A stretch of 32,000 nucleotides of DNA from Bryobacterales bacterium (GTDB lineage Bacteria; Acidobacteriota; Terriglobia; Bryobacterales; Bryobacteraceae): the NCBI GenBank assembly GCA_963768385.1, contig CAVYHQ010000002.1:255270-287269 (forward strand). Direction: 5' to 3'. Below are positions 9,583 through 17,632 of this stretch, in pieces. Numbering within the stretch: position 1 is the first letter of the stretch; every line of letters begins with the position of its first letter. Made by a program: the position numbers and the translations under genes. The notes below the pieces were generated by a model. That model did not search any database. It was not told the origin of the DNA and saw nothing but the letters and a program-made list of their open reading frames with translations.

Positions 9583-10035
9583 CTACTTGCGCGCGGTGAC
9601 GGCGATCTCGATGTGCGCTTTCGGCAACGCCAGCCGGGTCACGCCCACGGTGGCGCGCGAGGGCCGCGGGGTCTTGAAGTAGGTGGCGTAGACGGCGTTC
9701 ATGCGCGCGAACAGGTCCATATCCGTGAGATAAACCTGCACGGACACAACGTCCGCATAGGTCATGCCCGCGGCTTTAAGGACGATGCCGATGGTGTCCA
9801 GACAGGCCTTCACTTCGGCTTCGAAATCGGCGGGGACTTCGCGGGTTTTGAGATCGGCGCCGATCTGGCCGGAGACATAGAGTGTTCCATCCACCAGGAT
9901 GCCGGGGCTGTACATGGGCTCGGAGGCGGCCGGCGCGGGAGCGAATTCCGGCGGGGCGATGACTTTCCGTTGGGCCTGCAAGGGCACAGTGAGCAAGAGC
10001 GTGCCCAGAAGTAACGCGCAGAGATGGGTTCGCAT
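9583..10035 (-). CDS. RidA/YjgF/L-PSP family protein with an N-terminal signal peptide
   Basis: ATG 10035 gives MRTHLCALLLGTLLLTVPLQAQ (Sec-type signal). The RidA core follows: GILVDGTLYVSGQIG...FEAEVKACLDTIGIVLKAAGMTYADVVSVQVYLTDM..F..MNAVYATYF...PSRATVGV..L.....IEI. The longer track ORF (to 10323) runs into the upstream gene. Confidence 0.85.
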   Translation of the reverse strand: MRTHLCALLLGTLLLTVPLQAQRKVIAPPEFAPAPAASEPMYSPGILVDGTLYVSGQIGADLKTREVPADFEAEVKACLDTIGIVLKAAGMTYADVVSVQVYLTDMDLFARMNAVYATYFKTPRPSRATVGVTRLALPKAHIEIAVTARK

Positions 10036-10088
10036 GAAGGTCAATGTAGCACCGATCGTAATTCGGTGACAGGAAGCTGTGTCTTGAA

Positions 10089-11636
10089 TCAGAGTAGCAC
10101 CCCGTTGTCCGGGTTGCGGGTTTCGCCGGGGCTTGACACCAGGATTGCCGGCTGGCCTTTGATGACGCACTTGTTGGTGCAGATGCCGCATCCGATACAC
10201 AGTTCCAGGTTGACGCGCGGCTGCTTCACGGTGACCTTCCCGCCCCGGTCCATAGTTACCTGCGCTTCTTCGAACCAGATGGCCTTCTTGGGCGTGGGGC
10301 AATGCTCTTCGCAAACGATACACGTCCGCGCGGCGGCATACGGGAGACAGCGGTTGCGGTCGATGTACGCCAGGCCGATCTTGATCTTCTGCTTCTCTTC
10401 TACGCTGAGCGGCCGGATGGCGCCGGTGGGGCAGACCTCAGTGCACAGCGTGCACTCGTACTCGCAGTAGCCGATGGTCATCTTCATGACCGGCGTCCAC
10501 ATGCCCTCCAGCCCGCCTTCGAGCGCCGCCGGGTGAATGCCGTTGGTCGGGCACACCTTCATGCACTCACCGCAGCGGATGCACTTGGAGAGAAACTCCT
10601 CTTCGCCCAGCGCTCCCGGGGGACGCACCAGCTCGGGGTTGTAGGAGCGCTTGCCGGCCAGCGGATGCGTGCGGAACAGGAGCGCTCCGCCGGCGCCGGC
10701 GACGCCCGAGGCCAGCAACTGGCGGCGGCCGAGGTCCAGGCGCGAGTCCTTCGGCGGCTTCAGATAGCTGGTCCCCCAACTGAGAGTGACTGCCTGCGAG
10801 GGGCAATCGGACTGGCAGTTGAAGCAGTAGAAGCATTCCGCCGGCTTCCATTCGAGGGTGTTCCCCACGTTGGCGCCACCCTGGCAATCGGCCAGGCACA
10901 GACGGCAATTGTCGCAGGCTTCGGGGCTCTTGTTGAGCCGCACCAGCGGGTTCCTGCCGGCGATTCCGAGCAGCGCCCCGAGCGGACAAATGTACCGGCA
11001 CCAGAAGCGCGTCCGGTAGAAGTTGAGGGCGATAACCACTCCGAACAGCACCCCGATCAGGACGTTCCCGAAGTAATGCGGCTGCGCGACGGCGAGTAAC
11101 TGCCGGCGCAGTGAGTCGTAGAACAGGATCGAGTCAGCGGCGCTGTTGAGTGCCGGGTACACGGCCACCGCCATTCCCCGGAAGAAGAAAGAAAGCGGGT
11201 CAAGCCAGCCCACCACGTTGACGCCCAGCAGCGCGGCCGCCAGAAACACCACCAGCACGTAATACTTGGCCTTGTGCCAGCGGCCATAGCCGCCGGTATC
11301 GAGCCGGGCCTTGACCGGGCCGCCGCGCAGGCTGGAGAAGAGATGGTGCAGAGTGCCGAAGGGGCAGATCCATCCGCAGAACCAGCGGCCGAACAGGAAG
11401 GTGACGGCCAGCGTGGCGAGCGAGAGCAGCATGCCCGCGGCCAGCGCGTGCGACGCCAGCCAATCCGTCAGCATCACCAGCGGATCGATTTGGAAGAAGA
11501 ACTTGACTCCGCCGCCCACGCGGTTGATGGGGTGATACACGGTTTCCAGAAACAGGTAGAGGAACAGCAGCAGAAACGCGGTCTGGACGGCGCGGCGGAG
11601 CCACACCAGCGTGGTCGTTGGCGTTTTGCGAGCCAT
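10089..11636 (-). CDS. Membrane polyferredoxin; NapH/MauN-like N-terminal half fused to a NapG/MauM-like C-terminal half
   Basis: The N-terminal half is multi-TM with two CX3CP motifs (CGWICP, CRYICP) and two 4Fe-4S motifs (CDNCRLCLADC, CFYCFNCQSDCP), which is the NapH pattern. An RR-containing hydrophobic segment follows (LGRRQLLASGVAGAGGALLF). After it come LVRPPGALGEEEFLSKCIRCGECMKVCP and three more Cys clusters (CEYECTLCTEVCP, C-x8-CIVCEEHCP, CIGCGICTNKC), which is the NapG pattern. Confidence 0.85.
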   Translation of the reverse strand: MARKTPTTTLVWLRRAVQTAFLLLFLYLFLETVYHPINRVGGGVKFFFQIDPLVMLTDWLASHALAAGMLLSLATLAVTFLFGRWFCGWICPFGTLHHLFSSLRGGPVKARLDTGGYGRWHKAKYYVLVVFLAAALLGVNVVGWLDPLSFFFRGMAVAVYPALNSAADSILFYDSLRRQLLAVAQPHYFGNVLIGVLFGVVIALNFYRTRFWCRYICPLGALLGIAGRNPLVRLNKSPEACDNCRLCLADCQGGANVGNTLEWKPAECFYCFNCQSDCPSQAVTLSWGTSYLKPPKDSRLDLGRRQLLASGVAGAGGALLFRTHPLAGKRSYNPELVRPPGALGEEEFLSKCIRCGECMKVCPTNGIHPAALEGGLEGMWTPVMKMTIGYCEYECTLCTEVCPTGAIRPLSVEEKQKIKIGLAYIDRNRCLPYAAARTCIVCEEHCPTPKKAIWFEEAQVTMDRGGKVTVKQPRVNLELCIGCGICTNKCVIKGQPAILVSSPGETRNPDNGVLL

Positions 11637-12536
11637 CTAAACCTCCACCCGCGCCGGTGAGAGCGCCGCGTAATTCATGTTCCCGAGGCCGCGGGCGTGG
11701 CCTTCCACTATGTACCCAATGTCCGCTGGCCGGAGGCCCAGCAGCGTGGCGCCGAAGGCATCCACGGCCACCTGGTCCACGCCGGCCACGATGGTGTCGC
11801 GGCGTTTCACGTCGGCGAGATTGCCGCCCACCGGGCCGTTGGCCGCCAACACGCGCACGGCATCAAGCACCACCAGTTGCGGCCGGATGAAGCCGGCCAG
11901 GTCGGCGATGGTGTTGTTGATGTCCTGGTGGAAGCGGTTGCGCGCGCCGCCGGCGACGCCCATCAGGTTCTTCATTCCGAGGACGGCCAAGGTGAGGCTG
12001 TGGTGCTTGACAATCCCCACATTGATGACGCGGTCGGCCTCCACCACATCGCGATAGATTTCCCATTCCTTGAGGACATGAGCGCCCTGGATGGCCATCT
12101 TGCGGAACTTGCGTTCATCCATGAAATAGCACTGCGCGCCGGCCTTCTGGGCGGCGCTCTGGATGCCACTGCGCGGATAGGTGCTCTGCGGCGAGTTGCA
12201 GGGGTTGTCGCCGACCGCGACTTTTTTGGCGCCGGCCTGGAAGCACATCTCGACGAGCGCGGCGACCACGTCGGGGTTGGTGCAAGCCGCCTGTTCGGGG
12301 CGGCGGTCCCAGGCGATGTTGGGCTTCACCCAGACCACGTTGCCCTTGGAAACGAAACGGGCCATGCCGCCCAGCGCGTCAATGGCGCTGCGTGTCAGCC
12401 GCCGGGCCTCCTCCGCAATGCCATCGGGCTCGGCCGGAGAAGATTTGTAATGGGCAATGCTCAGCGACGGCGCGGTGGCGGGCAGAAGCGCGGGCGCAAG
12501 CGACAACAAAAACTGTCTCCGATCGATCTCCATCAC
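11637..12536 (-). CDS. DUF362-family protein with a twin-arginine (Tat) signal
   Basis: The N-terminus MMEIDRRQFLLSLAPALLPATAPSLSIA has an RRxFL motif followed by a hydrophobic region. The DUF362-like core includes VWVKPNIAW, CTNPDVVAALVEMCFQAGAKKVAVGDN and VKHHSLTLAVLGMKNLMG. The first codon at 12536 is GTG, with ATG at 12533. The stop abuts the polyferredoxin start with a 0-nt gap. Confidence 0.85.
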   Translation of the reverse strand: MMEIDRRQFLLSLAPALLPATAPSLSIAHYKSSPAEPDGIAEEARRLTRSAIDALGGMARFVSKGNVVWVKPNIAWDRRPEQAACTNPDVVAALVEMCFQAGAKKVAVGDNPCNSPQSTYPRSGIQSAAQKAGAQCYFMDERKFRKMAIQGAHVLKEWEIYRDVVEADRVINVGIVKHHSLTLAVLGMKNLMGVAGGARNRFHQDINNTIADLAGFIRPQLVVLDAVRVLAANGPVGGNLADVKRRDTIVAGVDQVAVDAFGATLLGLRPADIGYIVEGHARGLGNMNYAALSPARVEV

Positions 12537-13333
12537 GGCTTTACCTTGTCCAGAAAAGCGGCCGCGCCGGGCGGCGGATGAAGACAGAGTATGGCATAGT
12601 GGCCGCGTGCGAAGAAGATGACTTCACCGCCCGACCGAAGATAGTAGCGACGGAGTTGCTCTACTCTCTGGTTGGCGTCGCGGGCATCCGCGGCCAGCGA
12701 GATCACGAGAGAGGTTACCTGGCCATCGAAGCGGTAAGAGGCCGTCAGCGCAGGCGCCAGGAAGTCATGGCCGGCGGGAGCTTCGACCAGATATTTCTCC
12801 GACCGCGCCACGCGGTTCTCGCGGGGAAGAATGTCGAGCAGGGCCGGCAGCGAGCGATCCCCGCCGATATTCCGCGAGATCGCGCGCGCGAAGTTGTCGA
12901 GTGCCGGCCCAGCCCCGTCGCCGAAAGCCGAGAGCCGGACGTAATAGCGGCCCTGAAGAAAGTTGAGCGTCGATTCGCTGCTGTAACCCTCCGCCCCGAT
13001 GGAAATGAAATGATATTCGGGAGAGCGCTCCATCGAGTAAATGCCGAACGCTGCCAGCGGGCTGCCCATATCGAATACGTCCACCGTCATTTCGACGCCC
13101 GCAATCTTATACTCGCGGTGAACCATCGCCAGCAGCCCGTACTTGAGATAGATGTCGGCGCCGCCGTCCATGTACCGGTAGAGGTCGGACGAATAGAAGC
13201 GTGCTGGGTTCTTGCCATTGGGGAGCAACGCGGCGAGCCGCGTCTTCACTTCGGCCGGAATGGGAGCCTGTTGCGCGTAGAGTGCAGCCGCCAGAACGAG
13301 ATAGGCAATGGGTCTGCGCATGGTGTGCTCCAA
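12533..13333 (-). CDS. Hypothetical secreted protein, first gene of the DUF362/polyferredoxin operon
   Basis: It has a signal peptide (MRRPIAYLVLAAALYAQQ; starts at 13333 or 13321) and GC3-rich coding on the minus strand. The stop TGA (12533-12535) overlaps the GTG/ATG start of the DUF362 gene, indicating translational coupling. No family was assigned with confidence. Confidence 0.7.
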   Translation of the reverse strand: MEHTMRRPIAYLVLAAALYAQQAPIPAEVKTRLAALLPNGKNPARFYSSDLYRYMDGGADIYLKYGLLAMVHREYKIAGVEMTVDVFDMGSPLAAFGIYSMERSPEYHFISIGAEGYSSESTLNFLQGRYYVRLSAFGDGAGPALDNFARAISRNIGGDRSLPALLDILPRENRVARSEKYLVEAPAGHDFLAPALTASYRFDGQVTSLVISLAADARDANQRVEQLRRYYLRSGGEVIFFARGHYAILCLHPPPGAAAFLDKVKP

Positions 13334-13403
13334 GACCCCAAAAGAGTTTCGACTCTTATACTATCACCGTGCGATGCCTTATAATTAAGGTTTTCCGGTA
13401 CGC

Positions 13404-14657
13404 ATGCTTACCCTTGAGAAGTTCTCGATTGGAGTGGGAGACCGCTTCGCGCATCAGGCCAGGGCGCAACTGACTGCTTGCGTTATGGCTGCCAAGTCCG
13501 GCGTCACCGTGATCCCGGTCTGGAACAAATCGAATCGCGAGCACTTGATCGTCGGTACCGAACCGGGCAGCGTGCGGGCCGCCGCCGATGCGGCCGTCCG
13601 TGAACTGGGCTGGAAACATCCGTACCACGTGGACGCCGATCACATCAACCTGGGCACGGTGGACCGCTTCATCGATGCGAGCGATTTCTACACGCTGGAC
13701 GTCGCCGCGGCTATCGGCCGGCCCGCAGCGGCCGCGGACGTGGAAGCGTTCGTGGGGCGGCATCCGGAGCTGATCGGGCGGTTGAACGTCCCCGGAATCG
13801 CCGAGCCATTCATCACCACGCGGCAGTCGGTGGGGGCGGTTGCGGGCAAGTATCTCTTTGCCGTCGAGGAAGCCGGGCGCATCTATCGCCACGTCGCGGA
13901 GCGCAAAGGCGCGGGCCATTTCGTGACGGAAGTTTCCATGGATGAGACCGACTCGCCGCAAACTCCTCCCGAGCTGCTTATCATTCTGGCGGCCATCGCC
14001 GATGAGAAGATCCCCATCCAGACCATTGCGCCGAAGTTCACGGGCCGCTTCAACAAGGGCGTGGACTACGTTGGCGACCTGGCGCAATTTACGAAGGAGT
14101 TCAACGACGACCTGGCGGTGATCGCGTACGCCACCAGGCAGTACCAGCTTCCGCGCAACCTCAAGCTGAGCGTGCATTCCGGCAGCGACAAATTTTCCAT
14201 CTACGCGCCCATGCGGCGGGCGCTGCGGAGATTCAACGCCGGCGTGCACCTCAAGACGGCGGGAACGACGTGGCTGGAGGAGCTGATCGGACTGGCGGAA
14301 GCCGGCGGAGACGGGCTCAAACTGGCCAAGGAGGTCTACACCGAGGCGTTCGCCCGTCGCGACGAGTTGTGCGAGCCGTACGCCGCGGTGATCGACATCC
14401 ACTACGAACGGTTGCCCTCGCCGGCGGAGGTCGAGGGTTGGAGCTCGGAGCAGTACACATCGGCGCTGCGCCACGATCAATCGAACCCGGGATTCAATCC
14501 GGACGTGCGGCAGTTGCTGCACGTGGGCTACAAGGTGGCCGCCAAGATGGGCGCCCGATATCTGAACATGCTGGAGCAGTGCGAGGAGCCGATATCCCGC
14601 AACGTCACCCAGAACCTGTTCGAGCGGCACATCCGGCCGCTGTTCCTGGAGAAATAG
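13404..14657 (+). CDS. UxaE-like tagaturonate/fructuronate epimerase family protein (TIM barrel)
   Basis: The motifs match what I recall of Thermotoga UxaE: FSIGVGDRF near the N-terminus, HVDADH, VSMDETDSPQTP, VDYVGDLAQF, LSVHSGSDKFSIY, HLKTAGTTWLEE. The substrate is not inferable from sequence. Confidence 0.7.
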   Translation: MLTLEKFSIGVGDRFAHQARAQLTACVMAAKSGVTVIPVWNKSNREHLIVGTEPGSVRAAADAAVRELGWKHPYHVDADHINLGTVDRFIDASDFYTLDVAAAIGRPAAAADVEAFVGRHPELIGRLNVPGIAEPFITTRQSVGAVAGKYLFAVEEAGRIYRHVAERKGAGHFVTEVSMDETDSPQTPPELLIILAAIADEKIPIQTIAPKFTGRFNKGVDYVGDLAQFTKEFNDDLAVIAYATRQYQLPRNLKLSVHSGSDKFSIYAPMRRALRRFNAGVHLKTAGTTWLEELIGLAEAGGDGLKLAKEVYTEAFARRDELCEPYAAVIDIHYERLPSPAEVEGWSSEQYTSALRHDQSNPGFNPDVRQLLHVGYKVAAKMGARYLNMLEQCEEPISRNVTQNLFERHIRPLFLEK

Positions 14658-14658
14658 G

Positions 14659-17085
14659 GTGCGGTCTGGGTGGGCGTCGCGCCGCTTCCTTCCTTTGCTG
14701 CTGCTATTGTTCGCGGGCAGCGGTTGTTCCGCGCTGATCTACGAAATCGTCTGGTACCAGTTGTTGCAACTGGTGATCGGTTCCACGGCGGTTTCACTGG
14801 CCGTATTGCTGGCCACTTTCATGGGCGGGTTGTGCCTGGGCAGCATGGCTCTGCCGCGCATCCTCTCCCTGCGGCGGCAGCATCCCTTGCGCGTTTATGG
14901 GCTGGTGGAAATGGGAATCGGGATCTGCGGAATCCTGGTGCTGTTCGGAATGCCTCTGGTCGACCAGGTTTACGTGGCGGCGGTGGGGCACGGATTGCCG
15001 GCCATGTTGCTGCGCGCGGTGGTGGCGGCGGCATGCCTGCTGCCGCCCACGGTGCTGATGGGCGCGTCGCTGCCGGCCGCGTCGCGGTGGCTTGAAACCA
15101 CTCCGGAGGACGTTTCCTGGATGGGCCTGTTGTACGGCGGCAACACCGCCGGGGCCGTGTTCGGATGCCTGCTGGCGGGGTTCTATCTGCTGCGTGTCTA
15201 TGACATGGCGACGGCGACTTGGGTGGCCGCGGCCATCAACGGGGCGGTGGCTCTGATCAGTTTCGGCATAGCTTCGCGGACGCCGCACCAGGCTGCGGCC
15301 GAAGAGCCGCCCGCGACGCCGGCGGCGGAGGCTGCGCCGGCGGCGGGTTCATGGCCGATCTATGTGACCATCGCGCTCTCGGGAGCGTGCGCACTGGGCG
15401 CCGAGGTGGTTTGGACGCGCCTGTTAGGGCTGCTTCTGGGCGCCACGGTCTACACGTTCTCCATCATTCTGGCGGTGTTCCTGGCGGGCTTGGGGGTGGG
15501 CAGCGCCGTAGCGGCGGCGCTGGTGCGGGGCATCGCCCGGCCGCGCCTCGCCATCGGCTGGTGCCAACTGCTGCTGGCCGGGGCCGTCGCGTGGACCGCG
15601 TACATGCTGGCCAACTCGCTGCCGTATTGGCCCATCAACCCGCTGCTCTCCACCAGCCCCTGGTACACGTTCCAGATCGACCTGGCGCGTGCGACTTGGG
15701 CGATTCTACCGGCGGCGTTGCTGTGGGGCGCCAGTTTTCCGCTGGCGCTGGGGGCGGTGGCCGGGCCCATCGGGCACCCCGGCGGCGATGCCGGGCGAAT
15801 GGTGGGGGGCATTTACGCGGCCAACACCGCCGGCGCGATTGTGGGCGCCCTCGCGTTCAGCATGCTTCTGATTCCAGCCGTGGGCACGCAAGGGTGCGAG
15901 CGCGTGCTGATCCTGCTCTCTGCTGTGAGCGCGCTCTTCGCGCTGGCGCCGCTGGCTTGGCCGCCGCGGAGGAAAGCCGGCGGGCTCTTGCTGGCGGCCG
16001 CCACGGCCGGCGCCGTTCTCCTGGCCATGAGCGTCTCCGGGGTTCCTTCCATGCTGATCGCCTATGGGCGCCGAATCACGATCTCGGCGCACCGCTCGGA
16101 AATTCTCTACGCGGGCGAAGGGATGAACGCGTCCATCGCTATCTCGCGGTGGGACGACGGCGCGGTGCAGTTCCACGTCAGCGGCAAGGTGGAAGCTTCC
16201 ACGGAACCGTACGACATGCGGCTGCAGCGGATGCTCGGCCACATGCCCGCGCTGCTGCATGCCAAGCCCCGTTCGGTGCTGGTAGTGGGCTTCGGCGCGG
16301 GCGTGACGGCCGGCTCGTTTGTGCTGCACCCCGAGGTGCAGAGAATCGTCATCTGCGAAATGGAGCGGATGATTCCGCCGGTGGCGACGCGCTACTTCGG
16401 CCGGGAGAACTACAACGTTCTGAACGACCCGCGCGTCGAAATGGTCTACGACGACGCGCGCCACTACGTCCTGACGACTCAGGAAAAGTTCGATGTGATA
16501 ACCTCAGACCCGATTCATCCGTGGGTCAAGGGCAGCGCCACGCTCTATTCCAAGGAGTACTTTGAGCTGGTGAAGCAGCATTTGAACCCGGGCGGCATTG
16601 TCACCCAGTGGGTGCCCTTGTACGAGAGCGACCTAAGTACGGTGAAGAGCGAGCTGGCTACCTTCTTCGACGTTTTTCCGAGCGGAACCATCTGGGGCAA
16701 CGACACCGCGGGGGGCGGCTATGACACCGTGCTGCTGGGGCAGGCCGAGCCAACCAGGATCGACGTGGACCAACTGCAAGAGAAGCTGGAACGCCCGGAC
16801 CAGGCGCGCGTAGCCGCGTCGATGCGCGAGGTGGGATTCGGCTCGGCGATCGCCCTGCTTTCGACCTATGCCGGGCAGGGTCCCGATTTGAGGTCGTGGC
16901 TGGCGGACGCGGAGATCAACCTGGATGGCAACCTGCGGCTGCAATACCTGGCGGGACTGGCTCTGAACAACAGCATGGAAGGAGCCATTTACAGCCAGAT
17001 GCTAACCTATCGCCGGTACCCGGAGAACCTGTTTGTGGTCTCGGACCGGCTCAGGCCGGCGCTGATGGCGGCGTTAGCGCAGTAG
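14659..17085 (+). CDS. Fused MFS-like membrane domain / spermidine synthase-like protein (paralog 1)
   Basis: The GTG start lies 1 nt after the UxaE-like stop. The N-terminal ~450 aa are polytopic. A SpeE-like methyltransferase-fold follows (VLVVGFGAGVTAGSFV...QRIVICEME...YDDARHYV...FDVITSDPIHPW...LNPGGIVTQWVPLYE), then a C-terminal helical tail. Confidence 0.85.
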   Translation: MRSGWASRRFLPLLLLLFAGSGCSALIYEIVWYQLLQLVIGSTAVSLAVLLATFMGGLCLGSMALPRILSLRRQHPLRVYGLVEMGIGICGILVLFGMPLVDQVYVAAVGHGLPAMLLRAVVAAACLLPPTVLMGASLPAASRWLETTPEDVSWMGLLYGGNTAGAVFGCLLAGFYLLRVYDMATATWVAAAINGAVALISFGIASRTPHQAAAEEPPATPAAEAAPAAGSWPIYVTIALSGACALGAEVVWTRLLGLLLGATVYTFSIILAVFLAGLGVGSAVAAALVRGIARPRLAIGWCQLLLAGAVAWTAYMLANSLPYWPINPLLSTSPWYTFQIDLARATWAILPAALLWGASFPLALGAVAGPIGHPGGDAGRMVGGIYAANTAGAIVGALAFSMLLIPAVGTQGCERVLILLSAVSALFALAPLAWPPRRKAGGLLLAAATAGAVLLAMSVSGVPSMLIAYGRRITISAHRSEILYAGEGMNASIAISRWDDGAVQFHVSGKVEASTEPYDMRLQRMLGHMPALLHAKPRSVLVVGFGAGVTAGSFVLHPEVQRIVICEMERMIPPVATRYFGRENYNVLNDPRVEMVYDDARHYVLTTQEKFDVITSDPIHPWVKGSATLYSKEYFELVKQHLNPGGIVTQWVPLYESDLSTVKSELATFFDVFPSGTIWGNDTAGGGYDTVLLGQAEPTRIDVDQLQEKLERPDQARVAASMREVGFGSAIALLSTYAGQGPDLRSWLADAEINLDGNLRLQYLAGLALNNSMEGAIYSQMLTYRRYPENLFVVSDRLRPALMAALAQ

Positions 17086-17089
17086 GGGC

Positions 17090-17578
17090 CTACCAGCCGT
17101 GCCGCGCGGCCTCCACGCGCGCCAGTGAGACGACGGTCGGATGGACCAGCGCCCGGTAGTCCGCGGTCCGCATATGAACGACGTCGTGATGCGTTCCCGC
17201 GTTGAAAGCGATCATGTCCTCGCCGGCGAGGCTGCTGTCGAGGTACACGGGAAGATCGTACAGGCTTCCGATGGGCGGCATCGCGCCCAGCTCGCAATCC
17301 GGAAAGAGCTTGCCGAGTTCCTCTTCGGTGGCCAGCCGCGCGTGGGTGAGTCCCAGCGTGAGGCGGACCTCCTGAAAATCGACCAGCCTGGTGGCTGGGA
17401 CCACCATCATGTGATATCCGTTGTCACCGAATACGACGACGGTTTTAGCGACCTCCCGTGCGGGCAGGTGCTCCGCCGAAGCGACCTCGCGGGCCGTGAA
17501 AGCGGTGGGATGAACGGTGTGGGTATACGCGGCGTGATTCGCCTCGAGGAAATTGCGCAGTTTCTCCAACAGTGGCAT
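17090..17578 (-). CDS. YbaK/EbsC-type aminoacyl-tRNA deacylase domain protein
   Basis: ATG 17578 is preceded by GGAGG and gives MPLLEKLRNFLEANHAAYTHTVHP.AFTAREVA.....AREVAKTVVV......HMMVVPA..LVDF...........RLATEEEL..LFPDCELGAMPPIG. The 455-aa track ORF is an upstream antisense run-on. Confidence 0.8.
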   Translation of the reverse strand: MPLLEKLRNFLEANHAAYTHTVHPTAFTAREVASAEHLPAREVAKTVVVFGDNGYHMMVVPATRLVDFQEVRLTLGLTHARLATEEELGKLFPDCELGAMPPIGSLYDLPVYLDSSLAGEDMIAFNAGTHHDVVHMRTADYRALVHPTVVSLARVEAARHGW

Positions 17579-17632
17579 AGCAACCTCCGCTGATCGAATT
17601 GTACGCCCGAAAGGGGGGCGATGTAACATATC

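Noticed and set aside
13380-13385. Perfect TATAAT hexamer inside the cctta-taat-taagg inverted repeat, 18 nt upstream of the UxaE-like ATG
   Set aside because: There is no acceptable -35 element at 17-nt spacing (tatact), and the leader would be very short with no SD. This is suggestive but not enough to call a promoter.
13356-14630. 424-aa minus-strand ORF
   Set aside because: It is antisense to the UxaE-like gene, whose conserved motifs are all in the + frame.
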